64,000 nt of DNA, from the NCBI GenBank assembly GCA_012295275.1, contig CM022676.1, positions 13,516,001 to 13,580,000 on the forward strand. The letters run 5' to 3'. This stretch comes from Chrysomallon squamiferum (Eukaryota; Animalia; Mollusca). Both the position numbers and the translations under genes were made by a program. How positions within the stretch are numbered: the stretch's first letter is position 1; every line of letters starts with the position of its first letter. This document shows positions 27,335 to 40,576 of this stretch, in pieces. The notes under the pieces were generated by a model. That model made no database searches and was not told the DNA's origin. It saw nothing but the letters and a program-made list of their open reading frames with translations.

Positions 27335-27623
27335 TATCATAAAAATATACGTCGCAAATCTGATATGTTTAACGTTCCTTACAGTTTATGGGACTTCATA
27401 GTCCGATTCATTCACTTTTCACAGAGACGACGTGCAGTTTAAATAATATACACCAAACTAGTTTTAACCAGGGCACAGACTGAATAACTTTTCAGTACAC
27501 AGTTTTTATCTGTAATATCTAACATATTTGTTTCAATGTATGAATTACATAGTAACAATAAAACTTACCTAAACAATAGCCAACAATCGAAGCAGAAACA
27601 AGTATGTATCCCACTATCGCCAT
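19018..27623 (-). CDS. Gene B: type I membrane IgSF receptor, signal + 5 Ig + FN3 + TM + Tyr-motif (ITAM-like) tail
   Basis: Exons 27623-27569, 25763-25404, 25233-24973, 23781-23503, 22558-22271, 21923-21663, 21408-21106, 20828-20703, 20336-20304, 19967-19918, 19491-19393, 19043-19018 (TAA). All GT-AG. One 1-nt frame inconsistency in the 33-nt micro-exon. Confidence 0.85.
19393..19491 (-). CDS. Gene B cytoplasmic exon with ITAM-like motif
   Basis: 99 nt phase 1-1; EHSQTPAAEYECLQSRDAPAYEKLKVSANRRLS. Confidence 0.8.
19918..19967 (-). CDS. Gene B cytoplasmic exon (YQDVSMDSVQETAVRS)
   Basis: 50 nt, tttacag acceptor, gtaaca donor, phase 2 to 1. Confidence 0.7.
20304..20336 (-). CDS. Gene B juxtamembrane micro-exon
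   Basis: 33 nt, tttacag acceptor and gtgagt donor; 1 nt short of joining the downstream Tyr frame. Confidence 0.6.
20703..20828 (-). CDS. Gene B transmembrane exon
   Basis: 126 nt phase 1-1 (in-frame NAGNAG alternative acceptor at 20831); SSSLATLGTGIGIGLVVGIVLLCVAETVILLILRRRGYTIR. Confidence 0.85.
21106..21408 (-). CDS. Gene B fibronectin type III exon
   Basis: 303 nt phase 1-1; TSVDIKW..FTVEQR..HISHLKSNSSYHFKIYS (FN3 Trp and LxxxxxY pattern). Confidence 0.85.
21663..21923 (-). CDS. Gene B Ig exon 5
   Basis: 261 nt; APRVRI..LRCTADSNP..FEW..SDQGEYTCSAT. Confidence 0.92.
22271..22558 (-). CDS. Gene B Ig exon 4
   Basis: 288 nt; PPSKPTL..PWLENEGGSLICS..GNPAAQFYW..DNGVSYKCTAGN; paralog of 57064-57351. 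Confidence 0.92.
23503..23781 (-). CDS. Gene B Ig exon 3
   Basis: 279 nt; PPSSSPVVSG..EGDTVTLNCSTTGGNPKPNLNW; near-identical to 55944-56222. Confidence 0.92.
24973..25233 (-). CDS. Gene B Ig exon 2
   Basis: 261 nt; GPDSVTL..EGHSLSADCVAVCKPSCSYSW..EAGNVYTCTVTN. Confidence 0.92.
25404..25763 (-). CDS. Gene B Ig exon 1 (V-like)
   Basis: 360 nt; GVSLKISG..FTFTCSV..YTLTINRTSADDEALWWCQ. Confidence 0.9.
27569..27623 (-). CDS. Signal-peptide exon L4 (MAIVGYILVSASIVGYCL-G), probable leader of gene B
   Basis: 55 nt, phase-1 gtaagt donor; nearest intact leader upstream of 25763. Confidence 0.78.
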
Positions 27624-27831
27624 AGTGTATGTTGTGATTTACTTTGTTTCTTTCGTGTACACAAGTTATAGCCAGTCTATCTAGGTTATCTTACTCGGTC
27701 ACGTTATTACTTCAGCGCTCTCACTGTAATAAAGCGTCTACTTCTATCTCGGTTAAGGTATAAAATATCTCATTCTTGTCAAGACTAAAATCAAAAATAA
27801 TAAAAACAGATAAACAAGATGAATAACTAAA

Positions 27832-27879
<48 letters not shown>

Positions 27880-27967
27880 CGGCTCTAACCGGCATAAATC
27901 TGAATAATACAAATGAATAAATAAATAAATGAATAACCAAATAAAAAAATAAATGAATGAAACTTCC

Positions 27968-28022
27968 CTGTACTACATGTAACAATCATGACAGAAACTA
28001 GTAAATATCTCAATGGCGCCAT
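27968..28022 (-). pseudogene. Leader copy L5 with a mutated donor (MAPLRYLLVSVMIVTCST-G)
   Basis: Homolog of L3, but the donor reads GGAAGT instead of GT. Confidence 0.65.
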
Positions 28023-28955
28023 TGTGAATGTTTTGACTAAACTTGTTTCTTGCGGGTACACGAGTTGTACTTTATCTAGGTTAGGTTATTGTGTCACGTT
28101 TCTATAGCGCTGCATTATATTAATGTGTCTATTTTTTGTATATTTATTTCAATTTATTCATTACATTTCACAAGAATGTTATGTTTTTAATTTTTTTTTT
28201 TTAATTGTTTGTTAGTAAATCATATCTTGTGACATATCTTTATAAAATATTTGTATTTATAAAACGAGAGAAGATTTCTTGTCGAAGGTTACATCATTCC
28301 CCTAACTCAGCAAAACGTATACAACATTTATTACATTCTTGAATGTAGCAAATAATCTACAGCTGTTTACATGGTGACTGTTTAATGAATAGGTCAGTAC
28401 CTCATTATTTTATATCTAATGTATGTACTTTTTCTAACAAAATATTAAATATTAATCAACACATTATTTTATCACTTAATTGTCTATATTTAATCTAAGG
28501 CATCTAATTCGTAAAAATTAGAAAGTGACTGTAGAGATATCAGAACTACAAAAGACTATCTTCTTAATTACGTTTTCTATTTGTATCAAAACACAACTCC
28601 AAACTGAAGCGGAATCATGTTGTCGTTTAGAACAAAATGTAAATAAAAGTAATATAGCAAATTAGCTGAATAAAATTAAAACCAGCTTACAATGATCATT
28701 TTTTTTATTACAGTAAATATCATATTTAAATATCTCACTATTACAGATCTTTTGTGAAAATCTCTCAGTATTACAGATACTGTGTGAAAATATCCGTTTC
28801 GTTATTATTTTCAGCAAATAAGATAGTAGAAAGGAGGATGACATCATATGTTGCCTTATAGACCCAAGTTCAGTCAATAATGAAAAACAACAACATTCTA
28901 TTTAATATTATTACACTGTCACTTTATTACAGCTCTCTAACATAACTGAACTACA

Positions 28956-29080
<125 letters not shown>

Positions 29081-30337
29081 TTTTAAAATAACAAAATGAA
29101 CATACAGAAAGGAGAACATTTTAATAACTTTAAAAATGATTTATATACAAATCATTAACAAATGTAACTATTTTAAAGATAAAAGATTCACTTAAAAGAA
29201 TAAAAGAAAAAAGTAAAAGCGTTATTGTCAGTGTTGAAATTCGAAACATTCCGTATGTGCATAATTAAGACGTTTACATGGAGCATGGATATTGAAGCAT
29301 TTCACACATAGTTTCTATAATGTTATGAAATGTACTCTCGAACAATAACGGATTTTTTTGTATGTCACAGATCGTTTTCAAAAAAAAACAAAATCGTAAA
29401 ACAACAACAAAAAAAAAAAAAATATAAAATTATGTTTTTATCTTTATCTTACCATAAGCTCTGGTTGATAACCGTCTCCAATTTTTTAGCAGAAATGATA
29501 ATAATAAATAAATAGATAACTAACTAATAAATAATAACCTTTGAAATTCATGTATGGCATCATTGTATTATTTTAAAGATTAGTCTCATAATACAGATGA
29601 GTTTATTTTAGCCGTTTTAACGCGAATAGTGAAAACCTGGCAGCTTAGTAAGGCACGCCATGCTGTACGAGTGCGTGAAAGAACATAAAATACAAGTTAG
29701 GCACACGTCAAAATTCAGAGTCTTTTTAATGACATGTTCAAAAGAAAATTTAACTTTGAACAGACTAAATTCAAACATAGAAAAATTTCAATTAAAATAA
29801 ATAAAGTAGAAATAACACCATAGTTGAAATTTGAAACTGTTTAAATATGGAACCAAAAAAAGTACATTAAAGCACTTAACATTTAACAATGAATTTCAAT
29901 AATTTTATAAATATTAAAACACTTTAATAACTGTAAGAATACTAACAACCAACGTCAACACTTTTCTTATAAAAATGTCTTCTTTCTGAAATGCTTTGAA
30001 ATGTACTGAAAATATACCAGCATTCTAACTGATCACTTACTTCTGACTTGTAATTCTAACAAGTATTTGCCAGATGTATACTAATTCACTATTTACTTAC
30101 AAATGATAAAAAGAAACTCGTAATTATTACGTAACTAATAATTATAATCTGCTTAACAAACTTTCTATTACCGCCAGAAAAACAGTTTTAAATTCTATCC
30201 AATTATTCTAAAAGTAACTGTCAAAATGTTATAAGATCAGTCTTTCACACTAAATAAAATATTATATTTACTTATAAATTAAATTCTAGAAATATACATA
30301 TGTAATATATTTCATTTAGAAAAACTTAAAACAAAAC

Positions 30338-30394
<57 letters not shown>

Positions 30395-30415
30395 TACAAA
30401 GTAAGTTATAATAAA

Positions 30416-30462
<47 letters not shown>

Positions 30463-30569
30463 TTGAGGATAAAACCCAAAGAAAGAAACAAGAATATAAT
30501 CTAGATCGTTGTCAATATTTTATACATCTCATATCTCCGTGTTTATCTATCTCTGAGGAGTCTGTAGAT

Positions 30570-30606
30570 CTACAGCAAACCAGTGATGACTAAAGTGTTG
30601 ATAAAC
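30570..30606 (-). CDS. Gene C terminal exon (hydrophobic tail)
   Basis: tctttcttcag acceptor; (T)FINTLVITGLL*. Confidence 0.7.
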
Positions 30607-31043
30607 CTGAAGAAAGATAAAATAAAGATAAAATGATAAACAAAGAATTATTAGACACACGGAAATAGATAAGCACAGACACAGACAAGAAAGGCATACA
30701 GACATAAAAAAAAGACAACATATGTAGATAGACATCATTACATACACTGATACAGGCACATTTTTACATGTACATATAGATAATACATATATACATACAT
30801 ACACAAGTACTTGAAGACGGTCCGACAGAAAAGCAGATATACAGAATCACAGAAACAAACAGACTGAGCGATACTAGACATAGGTACAGATGATACATGC
30901 AGATATACTGAGAGGAAAGCTGATAAAATTAATATTACAATAAAATAACTAATAAAAAGAAAATAGTTACAAGACTACTTACGTGATTATTACATAAATC
31001 ATTGAAGAAAATGTGGAATCGCTTCCGTTTATTTGATCTAAAA

Positions 31044-31075
<32 letters not shown>

Positions 31076-33876
31076 CCTTTAATCACTACCAAATATCTAG
31101 CAGCACACATATACTCATATCTTTCAAGCACGTCTATCTCCAGAAGTGAAAGTCTTGTCCCAGTCAAGCACTTATATTCGTTCTTAATGACCTTCAAAAA
31201 TTCAAATGCTGACAACAGTAAAAACTTGTTTATCAAAGTTTTTTTGCGGTCCTAGACTATTGATTTAATTGAAATTAGCCTCCGAAAACTCAAAGCAGAG
31301 AATAGTAAGTTGTTCTTTAAGCGGAATAAAATTAACTTGCTATAGGTCATCTGTCTATGTAAGGCGAAGGGCTTCTTTACATAATATATAATTGCATACA
31401 GTCCTCAAAGAACTGCCATAGTGAACGATTAACTCTTACTCATTAGTGTTTCTTTGTATTTACAAAGAAGTGTATTGTGGGAAACATGTTATTTGCAATT
31501 TAAATGTGATTTAAGAGAATTGTACGAATTATGCTTGTAAATATGAATACATACATACATTCATATATAGGTACATAGCTAGATATATAGATATATGTTT
31601 ATATATACAGACCTGTACATGTATATTCATTAGAAGAAACTGCTGTAAATGTTGGAATTCCCTGAAAGTTAACCTATTTTATTGATACTTTTCAGTTTTG
31701 AATTATCAAGCTGTATCTGTGTCTGTACAAACATACACACAGTCGAAACTCGTCTAAGTCAGCTGTTCAAAATCCCACCACAAATTCACACAAAAGCATT
31801 TCCTTCTTTAAATGAGCTGTGCTGTGCAGTCACTGGTTTATAACCGCCAGCAGCCAATGTTTTTCACTGAAAATAATCAACTGAACCTACTATAATGGTC
31901 ACCGTTTTTACATATTTTAATAGCTTTCCAATGGGGTTAAATGCAGCCAGAGCCTAATGCTTGCAAAATATTTAACATGGTTTTCACTGTTGAGTTAAAG
32001 CGAAAGTGCTACGTGGAGTGTTTAAAACATCCTGTTTTAAAAGCGCAGGTTATGAATTCACAGAAAAACTCATGATCAAAGAAACAACAACACTCCGTTT
32101 ATGAGCAAATCTTTATCTTTTTCTCCATGCAATTCATAAAGTTTTTGTCTGCTTGTAAGCCAAATTAATAGAGGTTAAAAAACACTGATTCTGCACTGAC
32201 TGGCTGAACTCTAACTGTCTACCACTAACCAGTTAAAGAGAATGCATATAACATTGGCTGGGACTTTTACTGAGACTAGGATGTCAACAATGACCACTAT
32301 GTTGGTATCATCCATGTCAGTGGTATCTATCATTTTGCCCGAGTCAACACCTTCGTTATGGCTGTCTTAAGTCTGTGTTTACTCAGATTCCATAAACTTG
32401 CATAATTTACGTTAATTTAATAATGAAATGTGTTGATTAGATGAGATCATATTATATTGTGAACAGAATAATTTTCAAGCATTCTTGACCAGTTTTTGAG
32501 CAAAAACAATCACAATTAAGAAGAACAACAAAAAAAAAGTAACTTATTTTTATTTTATACTTTGACAAAGAATAGTTTCACATACACAATTACTTTACAT
32601 TGTTGTTCTACATCTGTTACATATATTTTACAAATGTGAGGGTAAATCAATAAATAACCAACAAAAATAAGTCAAATATAATTGCCAATTTTTGAGTTCC
32701 ATTGCTTTCAACCACAAAGAACCTATGTAAAGATCATCAATAGGTTCTTTGTTTCTCTGGGAGCGTTTTTGGAATTTTTTAATTTCTATAAACACATATC
32801 TCCTTCTTAAACCATTCAAATAACTGACTAAACAGTTTGGGTCGACAATGACTGAGTACTACAGAGCAGCTGATCATGTAGAAGGAAACAAAAAATTCAT
32901 TGTTTTACTGTTCTGATTAGCCTGACAATAAACACAGTTTTTGTAAACTTATACAAAAATTATTTTATTAAGCTGGATATGATAAATGAAATAATGACAG
33001 TACACAATGTTGTATACAGTAATGATTGCAATTTAGAAACCTATTCAAGCAGGATTATGAAATTCAACAGTATTCATAAACAAACATCAGATTGAAATTT
33101 GAAAAATAATTTTATCACATATGTCATGGGCCTGTATCAAATATTACAATTGTATCAGAAAAAGAATATTGTAGATATTTAAAGTATTCATAAACAAACA
33201 TCAGAATGAAACCTTTGTTAAATAATTTTATCACATATGTCATGGGCCTGTATCAAATATTACAATTGTATCAGAAAAAGAATATAGTAGATATTTAAAA
33301 TTAATATTATGTTTATGACAACAGCTTGGTTATGTCATATTGTCTCATTTCACCTTCACAAAACCTTACCTACACACACACTGTATTATTATTATTATTT
33401 GAAAGTGGCTCAGTATGTACTTACATAAAGAACACCTACCTCGTATAGGAAGAATGAAGAAAGTTGACACATCATTATTAGCTGAACAAACCAAACGTTT
33501 CCCGTTGTCTTCTGCAGTAAAGGTTGTATTTAAAGAACTTCTTGTTACAATACCATAGTCAGCAACAGTCTCAGTGGAGTTAGTAATACCATCTTCTAAC
33601 TTTATACCATTTAACGTCCAGGTGATTCTAGCTGGTGGGTAACATGGGTTAGTTGAACAATTCATCTGTGTCAGAATGTTTGGTTCTATTTCAGCTGGTC
33701 TAGTTGTTATAGACACGTTTGTCAGATTAACTAGGGAAAACATAATAATTAATGAACAAAAACAAAAACAACTTTAAAATGTTAAAATAAAAGATATTTA
33801 TATATATAATTAAAGAAGAAAAATAACAATGAAAAGATAAACAAACTCAAAGAACATTGTATTAACTAAAAAAGTA

Positions 33877-33911
<35 letters not shown>

Positions 33912-36900
33912 GATGAGATTAAATAATTAATGTATAATTATTTTACTTTGTTTAGAAAAGATGTTTGGCTAATTTTTTACTTCAAGGTCACTGTCACAGT
34001 GCCAATGCTTAAAGTGCTTGCTATCACCTATAGGTGTTTAGGACACGCTGGTCAGTTTTAAACAGTGACAGTAAAAAAATATATATACATTATCCACTAG
34101 ATAAATAAAACATAAAGAAGAGTGTAATTTGCGTTATTTATTTATACATGGAACATATTTTGCAATAATATAAAATACAATAAACACTACTAAATTATAT
34201 ATAAAGTTTTGTGGAAACCTGAGTTAAAATAATTTAAGGTGGAATTGGACATGCTAATTAAAGACAGAATCGGTCACAGAAGAATCAAGTTATTAAATGT
34301 AAGTTTATTAAATAATATGCTTTTAATAACAGATTACATTGTCTAATGACGGTATCAACAAAACATGAGAAAAAAGTATCTGACCAGATGATGCTGCCTA
34401 AAGCAGTTAAAAGTTGTTTATTTACTGATTATAATTATTAATATATATTTATTTAATATTTGTCATTATTTCATCTTTTCTCTAATTTACATATAGAGAC
34501 TAAATTATCTCAAGATTATTCTATAAAAATTACTACATTAATAAAATATCTAGATTTAGTATATGTAAATAAAATGCATCTAAGGAAAAAAACAGTTTTG
34601 CACTTTTGTACTTTTCACAAAACCTGTCCAAATGAAATTAAATGATGTAAATACTGCAAGTTGAACCTTGAATGCATCTAGACTTAGATTACATTATTAA
34701 ACAAGTAGGATGTCAAATCTGCTGGTGTTGTGACTAAACCGTACTTTTTTATTCTTTAAATTTCATATCATTTTATATTTCATAAAAGTACTAGTATATT
34801 TTATGTTAACAAACATTTTTGTATGACAAATGCACATAGATTTAAAAAGATTAAATAAAAAGAAAATAAGAAATAAGAAAAAAGAAAAAAATTTAAAATC
34901 TATTTTGATATATTTATGAAAAATAGTATTCATACCATAAATTTCTATAGTTAGCATGTTACTGATAATTCCTCCAAATTCACCCTGACACGTCCATGCT
35001 ATTCCATGTTCACTGAAGTTGATATTATTTATTGTCAACTCGAATATAAGTCCTCCATTACATGAAGTAATATACGGAACATTTCCACTGCAATTTGTCC
35101 CTGATTCTTGTTTTGTTCTGTAGCTGTTACGTCCCTGTACCCAGTTTATTGCACTCACTGTAGTGGTTGTATTACATACAAGGGTTACTGAAGATCCACT
35201 AACAACTTTTTCTTCAGACTGTGTCAAGATAAACTCTCCTGAAATAAATGAGTAAATACATGTGTACTACAAGCATTCACATATATGAATATAATATTAC
35301 ATATATTTATTTATTTATTTATTAAATTGTCAAGGAAGAGTACAGTTGGGTTTTTTAGTTGTTTTATTTATTTATTTATTTATTTATTGTTATTTTTGTA
35401 TTTTTTCAGGTGAACTGCCAAGTGTCTTTGGATCAGATTTTATAACTGGACATTCCTAAGATCTTGATAAGTAGACAGCTGCATTTGGAAGAGGGATGAT
35501 AAATGCATAACATTGAATTTTGTTATGGCTTATCACTCATAGACCATCAATGACATAAAACGATTTACCAATACAATCTTTACCAAAGGCGTTAATTATG
35601 AAGTCTAAGAAGCCTGAAAGAAGATTTCCCAATCTTTCTAGGGCTGAATTAATTTTCAGTCCTGTTTTTTTATTTAGCAGTGACCTATTATTGAGAAATG
35701 TTGCCACTAACAAAGTTTTCCAGATGCATTTGTTTTCTTTTTCTTTTTCTAGCCAGAGAGTGAAAAATTAGAAAGGATTTATGAAATCATGTAACCAGTT
35801 CTAAGTTTAATAAATAAAATGAAAACTAAAAATATTTTTACTATAGTTTTAATTCACTCTGATTTAAGAACTTAGATCCAAAAGAATGGGGAATGTCTTG
35901 GGAGCATGTTTGACATAGGCAAGATATGGATGTTAGCTCCAAGGAAGCTCTACACAATTTAAAATGGGGTCATGCTACAAAAAGCACTTTGCCACTGTTG
36001 AAAAATAGTAAATAATCAGACAGAAATATCATCCTTAATTCATGAGCCCTAACTTACTTCACACTATCTATGTATTATGATGCTTGCCTTGTTCACCAGG
36101 TATCAGTCTAATACTTAGATGGTGTGAGGTAGCTTAGCGTGAATTAAGGATGGTAATGTATGACATTTATTCTATTTGCATTCTTCAGATGTCTGGACCA
36201 TTTTCATACCTCAGTGCACATGCAGTTTTGGCTTACCTTACTTTTATGCATCTTCTCTTGGTCTGAATTTGATACACAAGTTTTTCTGAAATTTCACTTT
36301 TAAAGTAGTCAAATTTCTTTTGGCTTTCGTTTTCTATCAGTTTTTGTTTTTCATTACAATGAAGTCAACTATGACCAACTTATATAAAGCATTTATTTAG
36401 GTTTGTCAGATTAACAAAGGCAAAAAAAAGTATTCTATGGATCAAATGTGCAGTCATCAATTTCTACAGAACAGCATGAATATATATCTGTATCTATCTA
36501 CCTATACATGTATTGTCATCAGCTTTGTTCACAGCTTATTTGTTTAATTACTATAAAGCAACTTCATTTTAATACATCAATCAGTAACACCCGTTACTAA
36601 AATCATCCTGTTACTCATGAGAATTGTTATTTTAGATACTAAAAAGCTGGGTTGAACAACTGAACACTTGTAGCATCCTGAAGTCGATGTATGCTTTAAG
36701 AAAATAAGGAATGAAAGAGGACCCTGTATTTGTGAGAAGTTGATGGAACACGTAATTTTAGTTAAAGTTTGAACAGAACAATTTGATTATTTTCAAATAT
36801 TTTTGATTCTGTACATCTCTAACTGGGTAATTTTTGTTTTCATTTGATTGTTCTGTTTTAGTATTCAGTCATAAACTCATCCAAAGGTCATATCTGACTA

Positions 36901-37684
36901 TGACAGATACCAATCATTTTTTTTAATACATATATATATATACATATATGTATTCTATTTTTTTTTTTCAGTTAGAAACATTTCTGATAAGTTATACATA
37001 TATACAACTACAATGAAAGTCATCTAAACTGGGCATCAACAGCACCAAACAGTGAATCAGTTGCTGAACTAGTTGATATTTAGGAAACATTTCTGTGGTT
37101 GTTTGGAATCTGCATTTAATAATAGCTACTCATGCAGAAGGAAATGTTCCTTTTTCGATAATGCAAAATGATTTAACATTTGAAGCACCATCCTGACATC
37201 AAAACATGATAGTTTGTTTCCATGGAGGAATAATTCTTGTTTGACCATGTGACAATAATATTACTTTTTCTTACTATATTTTGCTAAAGAAAATATTCTT
37301 AAGTTAATAAAACAATTTTACCTTACACAAGCTTGAATTTGGCCCATCTTGATCAAAATTATAACACAAAGTGTTTAAATAATTAGATATCAAAGCTGAT
37401 GATTGGTCTTTTAGTTTTTTTCTTGCCAAGCTGTAAAGACTAGCTGTGATATTTGTGTAAGTTAAATCAGTCAGAATCATCTGAGGAGCAGTTTATCATT
37501 ATCAGCTCAGTTGACTTATTTTCTGGGGTAAGATTTACATTAAAGTGACACATGATTAGAAGTAACCTGTTTATCCAGTTGTTTTCTTTTTCAGAAATTA
37601 AAGATTAAGCAAAATAATAAACTCACCTAAAACTACTTTCATGAGGGTAGTCAATACAAATATAAGGACAACTTTCATTTCCAT
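30570..37684 (-). CDS. Gene C: two-Ig-domain protein, probably GPI-anchored (about 247 aa)
   Basis: Exons 37684-37627 (MEMKVVLIFVLTTLMKVVL-G), 35238-34936 (V-like), 33730-33440 (C2-like), 31037-30983 (phase 1 to 2), 30606-30570 (phase 2, TAG). C-terminus DQINGSDSTFSSMIYVIITFINTLVITGLL*. Confidence 0.8.
30983..31037 (-). CDS. Gene C stalk / omega-site exon
   Basis: 55 nt, ttttag acceptor and gtaagt donor; DQINGSDSTFSSMIYVII. Confidence 0.7.
33070..33299. repeat. Two-copy tandem repeat, unit about 115 bp
   Basis: 'gtattcataaacaaacatcaga...gtagatatttaaa' at 33070-33183 and 33184-33299, nearly identical. Confidence 0.92.
33440..33730 (-). CDS. Gene C Ig exon 2
   Basis: 291 nt phase 1-1; MNCSTNPCYPPARITWTLNG..FTAEDNGKRLVCSAN. 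Confidence 0.9.
34936..35238 (-). CDS. Gene C Ig exon 1 (V-like)
   Basis: 303 nt phase 1-1; GSSVTLVC..INW..FELTINNINFSEHGIAWTC. Confidence 0.9.
37627..37684 (-). CDS. Gene C signal-peptide exon
   Basis: 58 nt, ATG to a phase-1 gtgagt donor, hydrophobic core. Confidence 0.78.
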
Positions 37685-40386
37685 AGTGAACAGAAAAAAA
37701 AAAAAAAAAAAAAAAAAAACAATTGTAATAATTCACTACTGTTTTATTCATACAAATTAATTTGAATATAAACATAGTGTCAAGATTTTTTATTCCCTTT
37801 TTGTACAGTTAAATGGTATTTTACAATCGACAGTATATTAAACTCCTTTATTTGTGGTTGCAGATAATCAGAGAAGAACAGTTGCTTACTGAAAGAAAAA
37901 ATAAGGTTTATATAAACTAGGCTATCACCCACATGAATGTTTGTGACTGTAGAAATCACTAGGTGGACATTTCATCCATTAAAAACAAACAAGAGTGGTA
38001 TAAACATACCATTAAAACATATTATGAGAAACCTATGCAATGAAATAAATTATTAATTATGTTAGAATAAAATGAATTATGATAAAATAAAACTATGTTG
38101 GCACTATTACATCTGGTACACATCTTCTTTATCCAGCCATATTTATTTAGGTTGATTGTCAGTGCATTCCTTTATTGAAACATACTAAATAAAAGTAACT
38201 GGATTGAAGAATGATCAGCAGTGAAAAGGAAACACCTTTTCTTTTGTAAATACTGGGCTCTTGAGAAAGCATGTGATCTTATCTATCATGCTGAATATAT
38301 ATATATATATATTTTTTTTTTTCAAAGACATTTTTGTCTTTCAATATCTAAAACCAATGCCATCATAAAAAGAAATAATACATTTGGAATCTGAAAATAA
38401 TTAAGAAGAAAAATAATTTCATTTGTTATATTGCTCTAAACCTGCCACTTAATATAGTCACTAGCAAGAAGCATCAATTTTAAATATAAAACTGAAAACA
38501 GAGGTTGAAGTATTAACATATAAATATTTAAATTAATACTTTTATAACAATAAATGAGAAAAAAAATGAAAGAAAGGTAATTGTTTCAAGCTTTTATCCT
38601 TAAGCATTTGATCAAACAAATTCTATACTTAATTTAAGATTATATGAGATATAATTACATTGGATGTAATATTTAATTTAATTTGTTTATAGTCATTTGT
38701 AAGTTGATATTCCTTGCAAGCAATTAAATTATCCATAAAATAGCATAACAAAATGTGTGTGTGTGTGTGTGAAATAAATTAAATTTAAAAACAGAAGAAA
38801 TATGCATTTACTTTGTGAGAAACTCAGAAAGTCTCATCAGCAATTAAGACTTACGTCATTGTCACAGTACGAGTATGACATTGTTAATTAAAGATTTATA
38901 TATAATATATAACAAAACCTATCTCTATTTTATTTAACAGAAATGAAAATGAGTTGAAACATTACTTGTCGACTCTTATCGGTCATTAGTGGGTCCCTTA
39001 TGGTTACAGTTTTCATAATCATTACTGGGTTGCTACTTTTAACGGACTTAAATTTCTGACTAAAGCTATGTAACATTTTAACAAACAGCATAGCATAGCA
39101 CAATCTTTTTTCGTTCACTTATTTTGTAAATTGTATTTTAAAATAAATACAACTGAAACAAATGTCAAGAACACCATCACCCAAAACACACACAGACACA
39201 TAAGAAATAAAGTTTAAAAATAAAAAGCAGCTTTTAAAATAAACAAAGAAACTTACCAAAATCTATCTTTCGTTTAGTAACTGTCTGAACAAGGAAATGT
39301 GATGGACGAGTCTAATATTATGGTAGGGGATCACAATTCAGACAATGAGATATCATGGCTTTAAAAATAACGTCTTGATCAAGTAAAGATACTAAAGGAA
39401 TAATATGTAGGCCAGTATATATGCGTTGTGCATTCGAAGTGTCTGTGCGCGCTCGCGCATATATATAGATACAGCTACAGATAAGTGAAAAAATCGTACA
39501 TTTTGCAAATATCCGTGTTAGCCATTGTATCCAGTTGTGTTTAGGGTCTCCAGAACTAGTGACTTAGTTTGACTTAGTATGTATATTTCTCCGTTATTTC
39601 TCTTTTCAATTTTTCCTTTTGCCATTCTTGAACAGTTTTTAAATTTTCAACAGAAACTATCTTAACAAAATCATCAAAAAAAAAAAAAAACAAGAATAAA
39701 TAAAAAAAATAATAATAATGAATGTAAATGCTTGTCTCTCCTAAAACTGAACTGTAGAACACACTGAAAAATATGCTCAAATTCTTTCGCGAATCAACAG
39801 CTATTCTTTGTTATAGTAGTAGCCAAAAGCATCTTTGTTGTTGTTGTTGTTGTTGTTGTTATTATTATTATTATTTACTGTTATTCATACATACGTTATT
39901 TTTATCAAGCAAAGCGGCCGATGTTTTTTTTTTAAATGTTATTGACTACATTTAGTTTGAGTTGTTTGATACGGAGTTGCATCGGTAACATATTTACGAA
40001 TCGAACTCATTTGCCCCAGTATGTGTTTAGTGCGGTGCATACAAAAGAAACTGAACAATTTCGTTTTCAGTACACTGCAGTCTTGGTTGGTATTTCTTCA
40101 TCAATCGATTGCCAAAGTCATTATATTATTATTAGTGCTGCAGTTAGCTGTTTAATTTTCTTGTTGTTTCTAGACTGACATTCCAGCAGAAACGTTTGAA
40201 CTTGATCTGCTGATGATTTTATCTAAAGGAATACTCAGACAAAATATGTATTACTATTAGAAAAAAATGGTACATTCTCATGCTCCCGTATGTGTAGTAT
40301 TTTTAATACATACACTGGAAAAGAAAGAAAGAAAGAAAGAACAAAACAAAATACCAACAACAAAAACAAACACAAACATATAAACA

Positions 40387-40576
40387 CAAATAAATAAATA
40401 AATAATAATAATAAAACAACCTGTAATTCTACAATTACTCTTCAAAATAATAACTCATTATTTACACTTTTATTCCACATAATCCGTCATAAGGTGGAAT
40501 AAAAGTGTAACTAAAGTTATTATTTTGTACAGTAATTGTAGAATTACATGTTATTTTATTATTATTTATTTATTTG
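40387..40576. repeat. Inverted repeat with ~85-90 bp arms (MITE-like hairpin)
   Basis: '..tgtaattctacaattact..ttacacttttattccac' is mirrored by 'gtggaataaaagtgtaa..agtaattgtagaattaca..'; 15-nt loop. Confidence 0.88.

Noticed and set aside
11951-28022. Repeated cassettes as a CRISPR-like array or SINE
   Set aside because: Eukaryotic context, irregular spacing, no pol III boxes or tail; they carry ATG and splice donors
31740-32400. Tigger/pogo-like end (cagtcgaaactcg); similar relic near 7085-7200
   Set aside because: No matching second end or clear transposase motif found
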